In this document: one piece after another, positions 52,001 to 64,000 of the stretch
How positions within the stretch are numbered: the first letter of the stretch is position 1
Layout: each line of letters begins with the position of its first letter
Assembly: GCA_037379345.1 (NCBI GenBank)
Contig: CM074518.1
Location: 26,784,001-26,848,000 of the forward strand
Reading direction: 5' to 3'
DNA length: 64,000 bases
Source of the DNA: Perna viridis
Taxonomy: Eukaryota
The notes under the pieces: generated by a model
The model's input: the letters and a program-made list of their open reading frames with translations, nothing else
What the model was told of the DNA's origin: nothing
Databases searched by the model: none
Program-made: the position numbers and the translations under genes

Positions 52001-55000
52001 GTAAGGATAGTCAAGACCGTAAAAACCACCAATCGTGAAAGTTTAAGTTTTCCCATTTCTAATTCAATGCTAAAACCATATACATGTTGACCATGCATAT
52101 CACAGTACACATTATATATATGTGATTGCAATACTTGCAAGAGAACACAATACATACAAACTATCTGGAAAACAATCTGAAGGAAATTCTCTATGAATGC
52201 ACCAAATTGAAGCTAAGCGGTAAACAATAAATAAGAAAACTAAAAGGGACAGTCCTAACAATTAAACATTAATAGTGCCTTACAGGACATTTATACATTG
52301 TAGACATGCTAAATTCCTGAAATATAAGTAAGGAAAGCACTTAAAACTGATCATTCGAAAAAGACTGATATGCTTTGATATATATTTCTAATTTTACTAT
52401 GCAGATATCGTAAATGATTTAGATAACAAGGATTTTATTATGACATTAAAGTGTTTTACGTCGATACGCATCTCTCATTACATGCCCAATGGCCGAACTG
52501 ACCGTCGGTCCACGCTAATTAATGTCAATTAGATACGTTTTATTTTCGACATATGTTTTTACACCCAAGGTACAAGAATGTCCCTCCGGTTATTCGTCCA
52601 GTCAAAGCATTTTGATAATTCCGCCATTATAGCATATTTTGTATAAATTTTACTTAGAGGAAACGTCTTATTCGCTGTCGGTACTTAATTTCTACGTACA
52701 GGGAACCTCATGTTCGGTGTCTGTACATAATGCATATTTCCGCATAACATGGAAATTTTGTGCTGAAATGTATATACCATTAATTTAAGAACACTTGAAC
52801 TTTGTAATGGAAAATGATGGAAACCTAATTATAGATGAAGCCATTATTTTTTTTGGTTAGGGGGGAATGTGTGAAATGATTGTACACATTTGTTGAAAAC
52901 CAGTGAAGATCATCTTCGTATACAGTGCAAAAGTCTTACATGCGATACGCGATATGCCATAATCTTAATCTAGAAATGAAATAACCTACCAATACAATGT
53001 AGCTGTGTACTAATCATGTATTTGGTCTGATTTAAGCTTCCTTAAACGTTCATATATAAAAAAAATAGATATAAATATATCACCACACAATACTCACGAG
53101 TCACTGGTTTGGCTCAAGAAACTTTCCATTGCAAAAAATACATGTATTTCAACATGAACATTTGTGTAACAAAATGCAAAAAGTAAAATTATACATGTAT
53201 CAAAATAAAAACAACATTTTTATGACATAAGTATACATGTATTTCTAGTGCTCAACCATGTATCCGGAAAACAAAAGGAAACAAAATATACGTCCGGAAA
53301 AACCGGTAAAACAGGGAAAGTCAATTTTTTTTTTCATTTCCAAGCAGGCAATATAACAATGCATAGTATAACTATTTCAAGTGGATATCCTTTTAAAGCA
53401 GAATTTTACAGACACAAGATAATATGATCGGATGTTGTACATCATAGATTTTAGCGCACAGTCATCACAAATCGTCATGATCATGATATAATAAGGGCTG
53501 CATTTATACATATAACTTGAGAGCTATATTACGCAATTTTACGCTTATATGTGAAAGTTTGCTCTGTATAAAACAAGTTCTTTTTATATTCCTTATTTAG
53601 ACAAAACAACCTTTACGCTTGTCACCTTTCGGATTTTACTGTGTTTGAATCGCGTTTTAAAGACGACATTTATATCGTTCTTTGGAAATGATCATTACTC
53701 CAAAGAAAATAGAAGAGTGTCAGTACAGGATAAAAAAGTCATGTAAATTCTGTTACTTCCCATGTTTTTCCTTCTACACTGTATTTTTCAATATGGAGCT
53801 ACCTTCAACCCATAATACACGCATTAACAACGGTTTTTCAACATGTTTACTCTACATTACTTCCATCAATTTATTTTTTTTTCATCTTCATCGTTTTCTT
53901 CAATGAGGCACCTTCACCACCCATACATTTTAACTTTACATCTTCATTCAGAAGAGTTCCAATCAATTGATTCATTATGCCAATTATAAATCTTGCACAG
54001 TGCGTCCCTGTTTACTATCAATATCTTACAGGAAAATGAACGCCTTATCTTAGGAAAAAAGTTATATTTAAATATCTTATCAAAGTTAAAAATGAAAGTT
54101 ACTTGTTTTATATATAATTGCGGATAAATTTTTAGTATCAGTGTTCTATGTTTTATTGCTTGATAAGAATTGCTTTAGTCTTTTTGATCTCGTGTTTTGT
54201 TATGCTAAAACTGAACTAAACATAGATTGAATCAATGATATCACACACAAATTAGCTATCTATGATATATAGTTATGCCTTATTAAATTTTTGTAAATTT
54301 CATTAACGATTTGCATCCACCTTAACTTTTTTTTAGTTGCAGATTTTTCGGTTACAATAAATGTTGTTATATTCATGCATCAGTTTTTATGTGCCCTGTC
54401 TTATTCACGAAATTGAACAGATGCGTTCTATTCTTTATTCGTTCGACAACCCTTTAACATGAAGCTGTAGAGTCATTTAGTAACAGTTGTAAAATAGAAG
54501 TAACATCATATATGACAAATGACGTAAAACTTTTTTCAAAAATAGATTTCTACTAACCTTATAAACGTCAAAATTAAAGAGCTTTAAAACACTTATAATT
54601 ATCCGAACACAACTGTTAATGAATAATTAACATGCACTGGATTTCCAAAAAACAGTGCCTATAAAACGCTTTACAATAGATTAAAAAGTAGAGCACCTTG
54701 TAGTACTACGTTTTTCAAGTTGAAAGACCAAAGTAGCCCCAGGTGACTTTTTTATCAATAAGAAATCATCTCCAATAATTATGTCTGTCACATTTGTCAC
54801 GACGGCGACACATATTGCGACAAATCTATCACAAATTACGCCCAATATTTGCATAGCAAGCTACTTTTTGGAATTGATTTATGCACATTTATACAAAATG
54901 TATATAACAGAAATCGAGTGAACATAGCGAAAACATCATGTATAAGAGCGTTCCTCATGAACAAAGATAACTTTCACAATATATATATATATATATTAGA

Positions 55001-57496
55001 ATTATTATATATTATAATTATTATATATTAGAATATTAGAATTTATGAGCATGATTGCATGTGAAAATGCACAGGAAAGTACAGTTGATGTACAGAAGAT
55101 GTAAATACATACATCTATGTACTGTAAAAGTGTTATCGTGTTTTTGGTGCATTACAGCTTTGTACTTGTTTACTGATACTTTATGGAAGAGACCATGAGA
55201 CGATGTAGGTGTAACTTAGTTACGGCACATTGAACAATAAGAGACACAAAAGCTTACAATCAATCAATTGTGAAACAAATGTTCAAATGTTTTATTTTCT
55301 TTAATTGACCCGTGATTGAGAGAATCGATTCTTGATTATTATTCATGCGTTTATTCTTTATATTTGTCGTAGGGTTCGACAAAAGTTTCAGGATCGATTG
55401 ATTTCATATTTTTTTTATGATAAAAACCTTGATTGAAGATGTCGATTTCTAAATGATGTTCATGTACTATTTATTCTTCTTCCACCACATCATGCTATCA
55501 TGCTAAGTGACGAAAAATATTTCAATAATTTTTTTTTACATTTAAAATGTGGGTAAATTTTAAAACTGAAACACGGTAACTCCATTGTATCATTGTTTTA
55601 CCATCGACTGGCCATTTATGTCGCATTGGTGTACCCCGAGCGATAGATAAATTGGAGTTTCCGTGATTTATTTCGGTTCTAGTTGGACCAGTTTCTTCAT
55701 ATTTTTGAATAGACGCAGCCTATGAAACGAAATGTTGGTCACGAATTAATCACTTTTTTTGTGTTTTAAAGAGTTTTGAAGCACGTCATATTAGAATTCA
55801 CATTCTATGGCAGAAAAATAATGAATTATGACTGTTGTGGACGTAGAGATATAACTTTTGAACGATAACAGTCTTCTGGTCGAAATCTGTTTAATCATTT
55901 GTTTTATAAAATCACACTTGTCTTAAATATAAATATATCATAATTGTTTAAAAGGATTTGAACATGTAACGAATGACCTCTTGTCCTTTATGACCACGAG
56001 TTTACTCTCCTTTTGAAGGTCACTAAAAACAGGTTTGGTGGCATATTTTCAATGTATCAATACCTGTCCGATTCTTCTATAAACACACATGTATACTTGA
56101 ATAACATTCTACTTGCTTTATTGGGTATATGATGTTTATATATAAAACGTGTGGAATCGAACTTGTCAACTGCTTTACATGTGTTGATTGTGGCATCAAT
56201 ATGACAAGATAGGATAAAACCTCTACTTACAGGGTTAAATTAATACAGGAAAACCGTTAAATTCACATTACCCTAACATGAAAGTAAACATCTTGTCATG
56301 TAATAAGCCACAATTGATATAATCAATCAGCGACAACGATTGTGTAGAAAGAATAAGGTCTAATAATTTATTCCCAATTAAAGTAAAGTATCCTTTTTAT
56401 CTATTTCTTTTTCACAAATAACTACATTTTTATTTTTAAATATTCTCTTTATGAAAACAATTTTCTTTTCACGACAGGTTCTGCTTAACCCTTGAACAGT
56501 TTATACTACTTGTTACAGTGTTTTAAATTGCAATTTAATTATGTAACCTATAGTTAGACATGACTTTTTTAAATGAAGAATTAAAGTGCACACGATTTTC
56601 AATAATTACGGCTAATACTGAAAACATTCCTATCTGTAAAACTGCACTAGCAATGAATTTTTTTTACAGCAAATTACATATAATTTAACCTCAAACGTGA
56701 AAAAGGGGAGATTGCCTCATAAATGGTAAAATTAGCCTGTAACTTTACCTACTATGATTTTTAGATAAGTATGCTTAAAGCGATATCAAATAAAAGTTTC
56801 GTAACTTACATGTTCGAAAAGTTGTCTTTATTTTACATCAGTACCATATTTTTACATGAATTCAAATATGGATTGAATAGGGAATAATTATGGTTAATTA
56901 TCAACCATAACTACGAAATGATTTTATATACAGATGATGCACTATATCAAATCCTTTAAGTTCAGTATATTAGGCAAACGATGTAATATACTGATATAAC
57001 ATTGAAATATGAATAATTATCTATCACGATCTTTGACACCTACACTTATAAATTTATAATGTTTATGTTAAAAACATATATTTTGTTAGAGTTGTAAAAA
57101 AGATATGACACTAGATAATATCGTGGTTACATCTATATCGATTATTTATGAAAAGTATCCACTACCGTAACACTACATTGTAACAATGTACCATATGTAC
57201 TAAATGTCCTCAGAAATAATGGAATATCAATTTGATATATGACCCGTGTTTCATAAAAAAAAAAATATTTAGAATTGACATTTTTCTTCAAAACATTTAT
57301 TTCATAATTTCAATTGATTGAGAATTTGAGGAATATCTCAAATGGTTTTTTTTTTATTAAACCTGGCCTTGATTTTTAAAAAAAAAATTATTCAAAATAC
57401 AAATACATTAATGATAGAAATAATTTGGGATGAACTACATTGTAAATAGTTGACGAATCATCTGTGTATTAATACTGGTAGTCTTTGTCATTATGT

Positions 57497-58064
57497 GCCC
57501 CGTGCAGGTCCAGGTGTTAAAAGAATAGGCCTGCAGCAGCGCTAAGCTTGTCGTAAAAGGCGACTAAATAGTGCTCAGAACCCTAGCCGGGGGCTAGGGC
57601 GCTCTGCCCACAGAGCAACTGGGATGTGTGCCCCAGGTGGTGGAATGGGGTATCCCTAGCATGTTAAATGCTGGGGTTGTCAGGCTATAATGCGGGATGT
57701 GTGCCCCAGGTGGTGGAATGGGGTATCCCTAGCATGTTAAATGCTGGGGTTGTCAGGCTATAATGCGGAAAACCTGACCGCAAACCATAGTGGTGCACCG
57801 TGTTGGGAAAGATGCCACGTTCCTCGCACGTTAAAGAACCCTATTGTGGTATTCTCCCGGAGTAGAAACCATAGGGCTCCGCCACAGGAGGCTAAATTGT
57901 CCGACCCTACCCACCTCTCCCTATTTCTAGTGGCAATCAAAATTTGTCGACCCCATTGTCTTTGTGTCCCATTCTTTTTTCATTTCATCTTTTCATGTTC
58001 ATCGTCTGAATATAGCTGAAATATTGCTGCTCGGACGTTAAACCCCAACAAACAAACAAACAAA
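57497..58064 (+). mobile_element. Full-length SINE-like non-autonomous retroelement, copy 2
   Basis: Perfect 14-bp TSD ctttgtcattatgt (57483-57496 / 58065-58078), (CAAA)n tail and an internal 73-bp tandem duplication. Confidence 0.9.
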
Positions 58065-59039
58065 CTTTGTCATTATGTACGTGGTCTAGAGGATCGAAAT
58101 TTTTACTGGAATGCATATTATCATAAAAGTTAAATATTTGATTTTAATTGCCCTGCATCAGTAAGTTGAATACCAGAACAAAATACAGATGATAATAGAG
58201 ACCATATTTTAATTTATTATAGGGGATATCTAAAATATTATAAGTGTTAAATAATAATAATAAAAAATACTTTTAGCGACAATTACTGTAATATTTTGAC
58301 CATCGTACAAGTAATAAATCGAGACCGAATTCTCTTATTAACAGTCCTACCTGTTTTGATGTTTGATTGAAAATAATTCCTTTTTCGAAGACATTATATA
58401 ACCTTTTATTTACAGCCCACAAAAATGTTAATCTTCAAACCAATTCCGTGGTCAGCTAACATCCAGTAATTAAAAAAATGTCAATTTCTACCTATGAACA
58501 TTCATAAAATTAATGACAAACGGGTTACTCATTGATAGATACATAATTTGTTGAGTCAAAGTAAAAATATTATGATTACTTAGTAGGGTTTGTAAAAATA
58601 AACGTAATATACAAATGCAAATTTATGCGACGCATGTTTTGCTGCAGTTTAAATTCCATTTTTTTCTACCTAATCGATTTTTAAAATATTTTGTTGAAAA
58701 AGAAATTTCAAATAAAAATCGATCACAGAATATTTTAGTTAGCATTAATTTTATAAGGTCCTTGTCCGACTAAGAAACATGCATCATTAAATTTTTCTGA
58801 AATAGGTCAATGACATATTTGTTTTTATTTTTTGAGGTACGGTAGGTTGAAAATATGAATTAATTCTTGTTTAACAGAGAATATGTTATGATTTATCCTC
58901 TATTAGAAAAAGAGAATGAGAGTGCATTCTAGTGAACTTCTCCCTTGTTAATTGTAAAACAAATACTAGGAAAAAACTGTAAGTGTGTTATCTTAAATAT
59001 GGAACCAATAATAGAGGTATAAGATCTGCATTTCCTTGA

Positions 59040-59074
<35 letters not shown>

Positions 59075-59292
59075 GAAAGGTCTGAAAAAACCCAACGATG
59101 TTAAAACTGTCAAATTTGAGATGCAAATTTTTGGTTGTTCCCTCCGCGGGACTCGAACTCGTACCGCTGTGACATCTACGGCAACACCGCCTGCACAACG
59201 ACCAGCGCCCTAGACCACACGGCCAGCTAGGCTTTATATAAATAAAGCTTTCGCTGGCCGGGTCGTTCCTCCTCGTAGGATTAATCTAGGGC
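59040..59292 (-). mobile_element. tRNA-Leu-headed repeat (longest copy) with (TA)n/(CA)n tail
   Basis: Minus strand tggccgtgtggtctagggcgctgg resembles the tRNA-Leu 5' half. B-box gagttcgagtccc. It retains ~65 nt upstream of the tRNA-like head. Confidence 0.8.
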
Positions 59293-59429
59293 AAACAAAC
59301 AACGTAAACTATACGAAACAAATACTTAATATTTAACTGTTAAGTTTTTATTGAATTAAATATGTGCCTTATAAAAATATTTATAAGATTAGTAAATTTA
59401 AAGTCCATTTGTTGCATATAAATGTATGT

Positions 59430-59635
59430 CACCCCGATCCAAAGTTCAAAAGGATATAATTCCCACAAAATTCAGTAATCATCAATTCCTGATAATATAC
59501 ACAATAACATATCATGTCCTAACTACTCACTAAGTTTCTTTAAATTTGGCGTTGTTATATCCGAGGAGTTTCGCTTACAAAGTTATGACGGACAGTCAGA
59601 CAGACAGACGTACACATACTGAAAGGGCATAAATA
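59430..59635. mobile_element. Helentron-associated (HINE/pearl-like) non-autonomous fragment
   Basis: Core ending in a (GACA/GACG)n microsatellite (gacggacagtcagacagacagacg). Family assigned by architecture only. Confidence 0.4.
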
Positions 59636-61624
59636 TGTCTCACCATCAAAGTAAAGAAGATATCATTAACAGTCATACTGCGTATCATTAGGTTTACAAA
59701 TAATTTACCCTATTCCGATAGGAGAAAATAAAACTTTCTGGCATCGATTTAAATTTTTTACGATTTTTCAACTGAAATAGGCCTTCTAATATATATTTGT
59801 ATCCTTTAAAATTATTTGATAAAAGGTAACATATAATAGAGATTTGTGTGTAACACTAGTACCCATATGTGGACGTACATAAAAAAAAACAAGCCACCAG
59901 TTGTATTGAAATTTGTGACGATAACTTAAAAACTAATTTCATGCATTGAATGTTTAAGTGGCATTTCGATTACTAAGTAACTATTAACGAATGGAGTTTT
60001 ATTTTACGAAAGTCAGTACCGTGTCCTTTGGGAAATACAAACCTTTTTTTAATGACAACGGTTGTGAAAAGCACGGGATAAAACGTAAAGTTTATATTTA
60101 GTATTAATCATTGATTAAATACTCAACTTCATTCATACATTTATATAGAAGTAAACAACTTTCGATTTACGCACATACTGTATCTATCCAAATAAGTATA
60201 AAACTTTAAAGTGGAATCTCCGATATAATATATTTACATTTCGTACGTGTAAATGACCATTATACTAGACATTACAAATCTCGTGATTCGTTCATGTGTG
60301 CTAAAATTCTACCGACCGCTCTGTTGGAAAACTTTTAAAAAAGAAAAAAAATGCGGATATTTTTCGACTCTTTACCCTTCCCACACAGTAACCCTACGAA
60401 TACGATTCAAATCAAGGTATTACTTTAGAGGATTTATCTCTTCTGAAGTCATATCTGGTATATAACACTTTTTTTCTTCATGTATTTACAATCAACACTA
60501 CCCGGGTTACGTGTATAATTAAATTGTGGAAAATCAATGTTATAAAAATAAACCAAACGTCCAAATATCAATAACAATAACTTGTTTATGGTAACTGGAA
60601 TTTCTGTTCAATAAAGAACTATGATAACTCAATACAAAACAACCGATGCGTGTTAATATGGTATAAAAGTTTGTGAAATAGCACATTGAACCTATGATCT
60701 TTACATTGAAGTTTAAACCACCATTACAAATATATATATATATATTAATAGAAAATAAATGTCTAATAAGGGGACGTTCAGTGTTAGGTCCCGGCAAGGT
60801 TCGCGGGTTGGACCCCCCTTCCCCACCCACACACTGTTGGCTTAAATGCTGTTAATATTTACCAAGCCTTTTAAATAATTAGAAAAGATAACCTGATATC
60901 CTTATTTTTGAAATTTATTGGTAAGAAGCACTTCTTAAGAAATGATTGAACCGCCACTAAAATGATAAGAATATACAAATGTAGTTTCATCAAGTTATAT
61001 CACCTTCCATTCATGTATACATTTTGTACCAAGCATGCGTTAAGAGGTCCATAACCCAATACAAACGATAACGTATGAATTAAGTTTTGTTTGCATTTTG
61101 TTTTAATCATATGCAGTAAGAATACAGATACCTTAGCGGGTCTTGTTCCTCGGTTATGTGACAATCCATGTTTGAAAAAAAGGTTTTCTGTCGAACTTCG
61201 AAATAATGCGAATAGCAATTATATTGGAAAGTAACCTATATAATCCATGAATCTATAGGTACATTAACGACAGAAGTTAATCCTCTTTTTACATTTCCTA
61301 TCATTGTTTTGACACAACAGGGAAGATATCATTCTTAAACATACACTTATAATTAGATAAAGAGTCACGACATACACAACTACATAACTATTGGTCTTGA
61401 TATAGAAGAATTTAAAGGTTTTTAATGGATTATGATTTGTACAATTATTCACATTACTGTATCAGCATAATTTTTTTCAAACGACATATGGTTTATCTTA
61501 ACAATCATATTGTTTCATCATAATAGCCATACGAACTAGACAGACTGTTTGCTAAAACTGAAAAACAGATTCACTAACAGCAACATATACTCATGAACTG
61601 GAATTGAAAGATTTAAGATAGGTG

Positions 61625-61817
61625 AAAGAGTAATCAAGGAAACAAAAGTTATAGCGGTAATCAAAAGAATGTAATCCAGGGACAAAGACCAGACATGGAA
61701 AACAGACACACAGAACATAGAACATAAAGTAACTAAAATCATACATACAAAGTAACAAAAGCAAATGAGCAACACGGACTCCACTGAAAACTGGGAGCAT
61801 GGACCAGGTGCACCGGA
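61625..61817 (-). mobile_element. Penelope-like (Naiad-type) 3'-end fragment
   Basis: Reverse complement ccggtgcacctggtccatgctcccag...gattaccgctataac...ccttgattactct matches 9548-9737. Confidence 0.85.
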
Positions 61818-62193
61818 TAAAAAAATAGACAGGTGAAAATAGATGAAATACGATCGGTAGAAGAGTAACAACAACATTTAGTTGTAAAGAAATATAATAA
61901 ATGTTATCAATATTCGTGTCAAAATCATACGAAAATAATTTGGAAAATCAATATCGATGGAATTATAATACAAGCATTCTGAAAATTTTAACAACTGATA
62001 TCCAGGTACAATGCATCACACAGTTTGAAGTGGAAGATAAAATGTCTCTAATCAGATAAGAGGAATATGTTTCACATTGCTTCGAAAGCCTTGTTCAAGT
62101 CATTCTGACATTTATTATAATTATCAATACATTCATCAATTAAAAATGAACTTTGATAAGCATAACAATTCCATAATATTAATGATTCTGTAG

Positions 62194-62570
62194 CTACAGA
62201 ACGAGCCCCAGGACAACATCATACGCTTATTTTTGACACGGTGAAAACAAACGTTATAATGGCTACAATCAACACAAAGGGGTTTTCACAGCAGACGTCA
62301 CTGGAATATTTGTATTCACATTCAGTATCAGGACTGCAGGAGACCACTTCCGGTGCATACCAAATCGTACGAAATAGCAACATTGAAGGTATAGCTATAA
62401 GGATTTCAACCGGAACTGTCCTGTCTCATATCGGATGTACCATAGTTGTACACTGTGACGCAAATGACAAAATTTATGTGCGTACCCATTCTACTCTCCA
62501 ACATGTTGGAGATATTGTTAACGACTCAAACGGATGGTCTATGTTCGCTGGATGGCTTTTATCGAGATAA
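62194..62570 (+). pseudogene. Globular C1q domain (C1qDC) terminal exon with two compensating frameshifts; probable pseudogene or aberrant allele
   Basis: PGQHHTLIFDTVKTNV / NGYNQHKGVFTADVTGIFVFTFSI (shifted frame) / YQIVRNS...VVHCDANDKIYVR...SMFAGWLL*. Candidate acceptor at 62193. No upstream exons were found. Confidence 0.8.
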
Positions 62571-64000
62571 TTGTACAAAACTCTTTTAAAGTCAATTGTT
62601 TTATTCATTTCCCCATTGGTGCTTCTACAAACTGAACCATTTACTCAGCATTAAAACAATTTCTAGGTGAAAGAAACAAATCGAGCCTCCGGTGAATTTA
62701 TAACAGCTTTCAAGTGAGACCGGGAAACTTTAACTTAAACGTTAAAATAATTTATCAAAAAGTAAATGCACAATATGTCCAATACAAATCAAACTTAAAA
62801 CCTAATCAGTCACTTATTCAGATATAACCGGGAACTAAATACAAAGTAAATTATTCAATCCTTAAAAGGTTAGAATTACTTTCTGACGCAGAACAACGGA
62901 CGGACAAAATAAAATTATTTGATCATATATCTAAATGCATTTACCATGTCCGAACCATGCAGTTGTTTTCATCCTTCCAGCTTTATTTGTTTTGTAATTT
63001 GATATTTGATCATATTATTTAAATTTTACATGGCGCGACCAACGATATTTTTTATTTCATTTCGACCAAAAGTATCATTAACCTTTTTTTTCGTATATAT
63101 TTTTCATATAAGTTCGCTTTGGGGTTTACGTGATGACGAAAAAAAAGAAGAAAAACACAACTTTTTCAATTATAACGTCACGTTCGTAATTCGAAAACGA
63201 CACAGTAAAATAATTTTCTAGTCGTCCGTATAACGTTATATGGACTGCAAGATATATCTGAGGAAGTAGACGATTGAAATCTTTATAAAATAACATGTAA
63301 ACTTATATCAAAATGTTAGTCAATAAACATCATTCATTACAATACTTCGGAGGCAGTAAACAACTTTTTTTGGGAAATTCACTAATTCCTATAAAACGAT
63401 GATGTGGATTTTGGTACAACAGCTCTATCTTTAATTAACAAGTTACTTTACCTTTCATGGATGGAAAGGTATTACTGCCTGGTAAGATTTTAGTTAACCA
63501 ATTATATTTATTGGTTTAACATAATACTCCGAGAGTCTAAATGTTCTATTTCTAGAAAGAAAGCATTGTTGTATGGAATGTGCTTCTTTACTACAATTTG
63601 AAAACATTACTCAAATGAACTTATGTCGTTGTTGAATAAGATTGAACTACAAGTATATAGTCACATTGACCTTTGCGTAATTGTATATTATACAGTTAAA
63701 AAACCATTTCAGGTTTAACATTGATTCTTCAATACACCCAAAAAACTATACATTTCATTTCATATTGTTCTTGCATGCTATAACAAGATTGTAGTAAAGC
63801 ACGAGTTGCTTATACCCAATAGAAATAGATTAGAAATGGACATAGCATATAAATGTACTTAAAAAATAAGTGGTACTAATTGTAAAAGTACATTTATCTT
63901 ATCTCTGTTATAGATATGAGCGACATAAAGACATTTTTCACATGTGCAAATTGTATTTGAAGTCGATACTTGAAATAGAAGAGACATTTATTTTCAAAAG

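Noticed and set aside
51949-52155. Hydrophobic minus-strand ORF as the DRAM first coding exon
   Set aside because: No in-phase donor. 51323-51414 gives the proper N-terminus and a phase-2 GTGAGT donor.
59130-59232. Functional tRNA-Leu gene (also 45020-45110 and 30845-30942)
   Set aside because: A and B boxes are present, but acceptor and anticodon stems do not pair and the copies differ in the anticodon region.
59267-59294. HDV-like P3/L3 string TCC-TCCTCGTA-GGA followed by GGGCAA on the + strand
   Set aside because: No upstream P1 partner, no P4 and no proper J4/2-P2' downstream, so it is not a complete HDV ribozyme as it stands.

Overview
AT-rich, intron-containing animal genomic DNA with three N-gaps. 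The C1q-domain gene, heme-peroxidase duplication, Naiad-type Penelope-like repeats and MITE/SINE families suggest a bivalve mollusc (inference). I reconstructed three complete spliced genes by hand, all with consistent intron phases. Two are convergent secreted animal heme peroxidase paralogs (+ 9239-17729, 12 exons, 750 aa; - 19756-30684, 13 exons, 746 aa). The third is a DRAM/TMEM150 (Frag1/DRAM/Sfk1) membrane-protein gene (- 43922-51414, 8 exons, 271 aa) with a U12-type intron. There is also a globular C1q exon with two compensating frameshifts, a decayed Gypsy RT-RNaseH fragment, eight copies of a Penelope-like (Naiad-type) 3' end, two full-length TSD-flanked SINE-like elements without a tRNA head, a tRNA-Leu-headed microsatellite-associated repeat and several MITE/hairpin elements. 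The best candidates for undescribed biology are the strongly base-paired, partly pseudoknotted RNA modules in four different small mobile elements, which could be new ribozymes or cis-elements but are untested. Next is the divergence of the peroxidase pair: loss of the heme-linking Glu, a polybasic tail, an intron presence/absence difference and an orphan duplicate last exon. No prokaryotic-type system is present.
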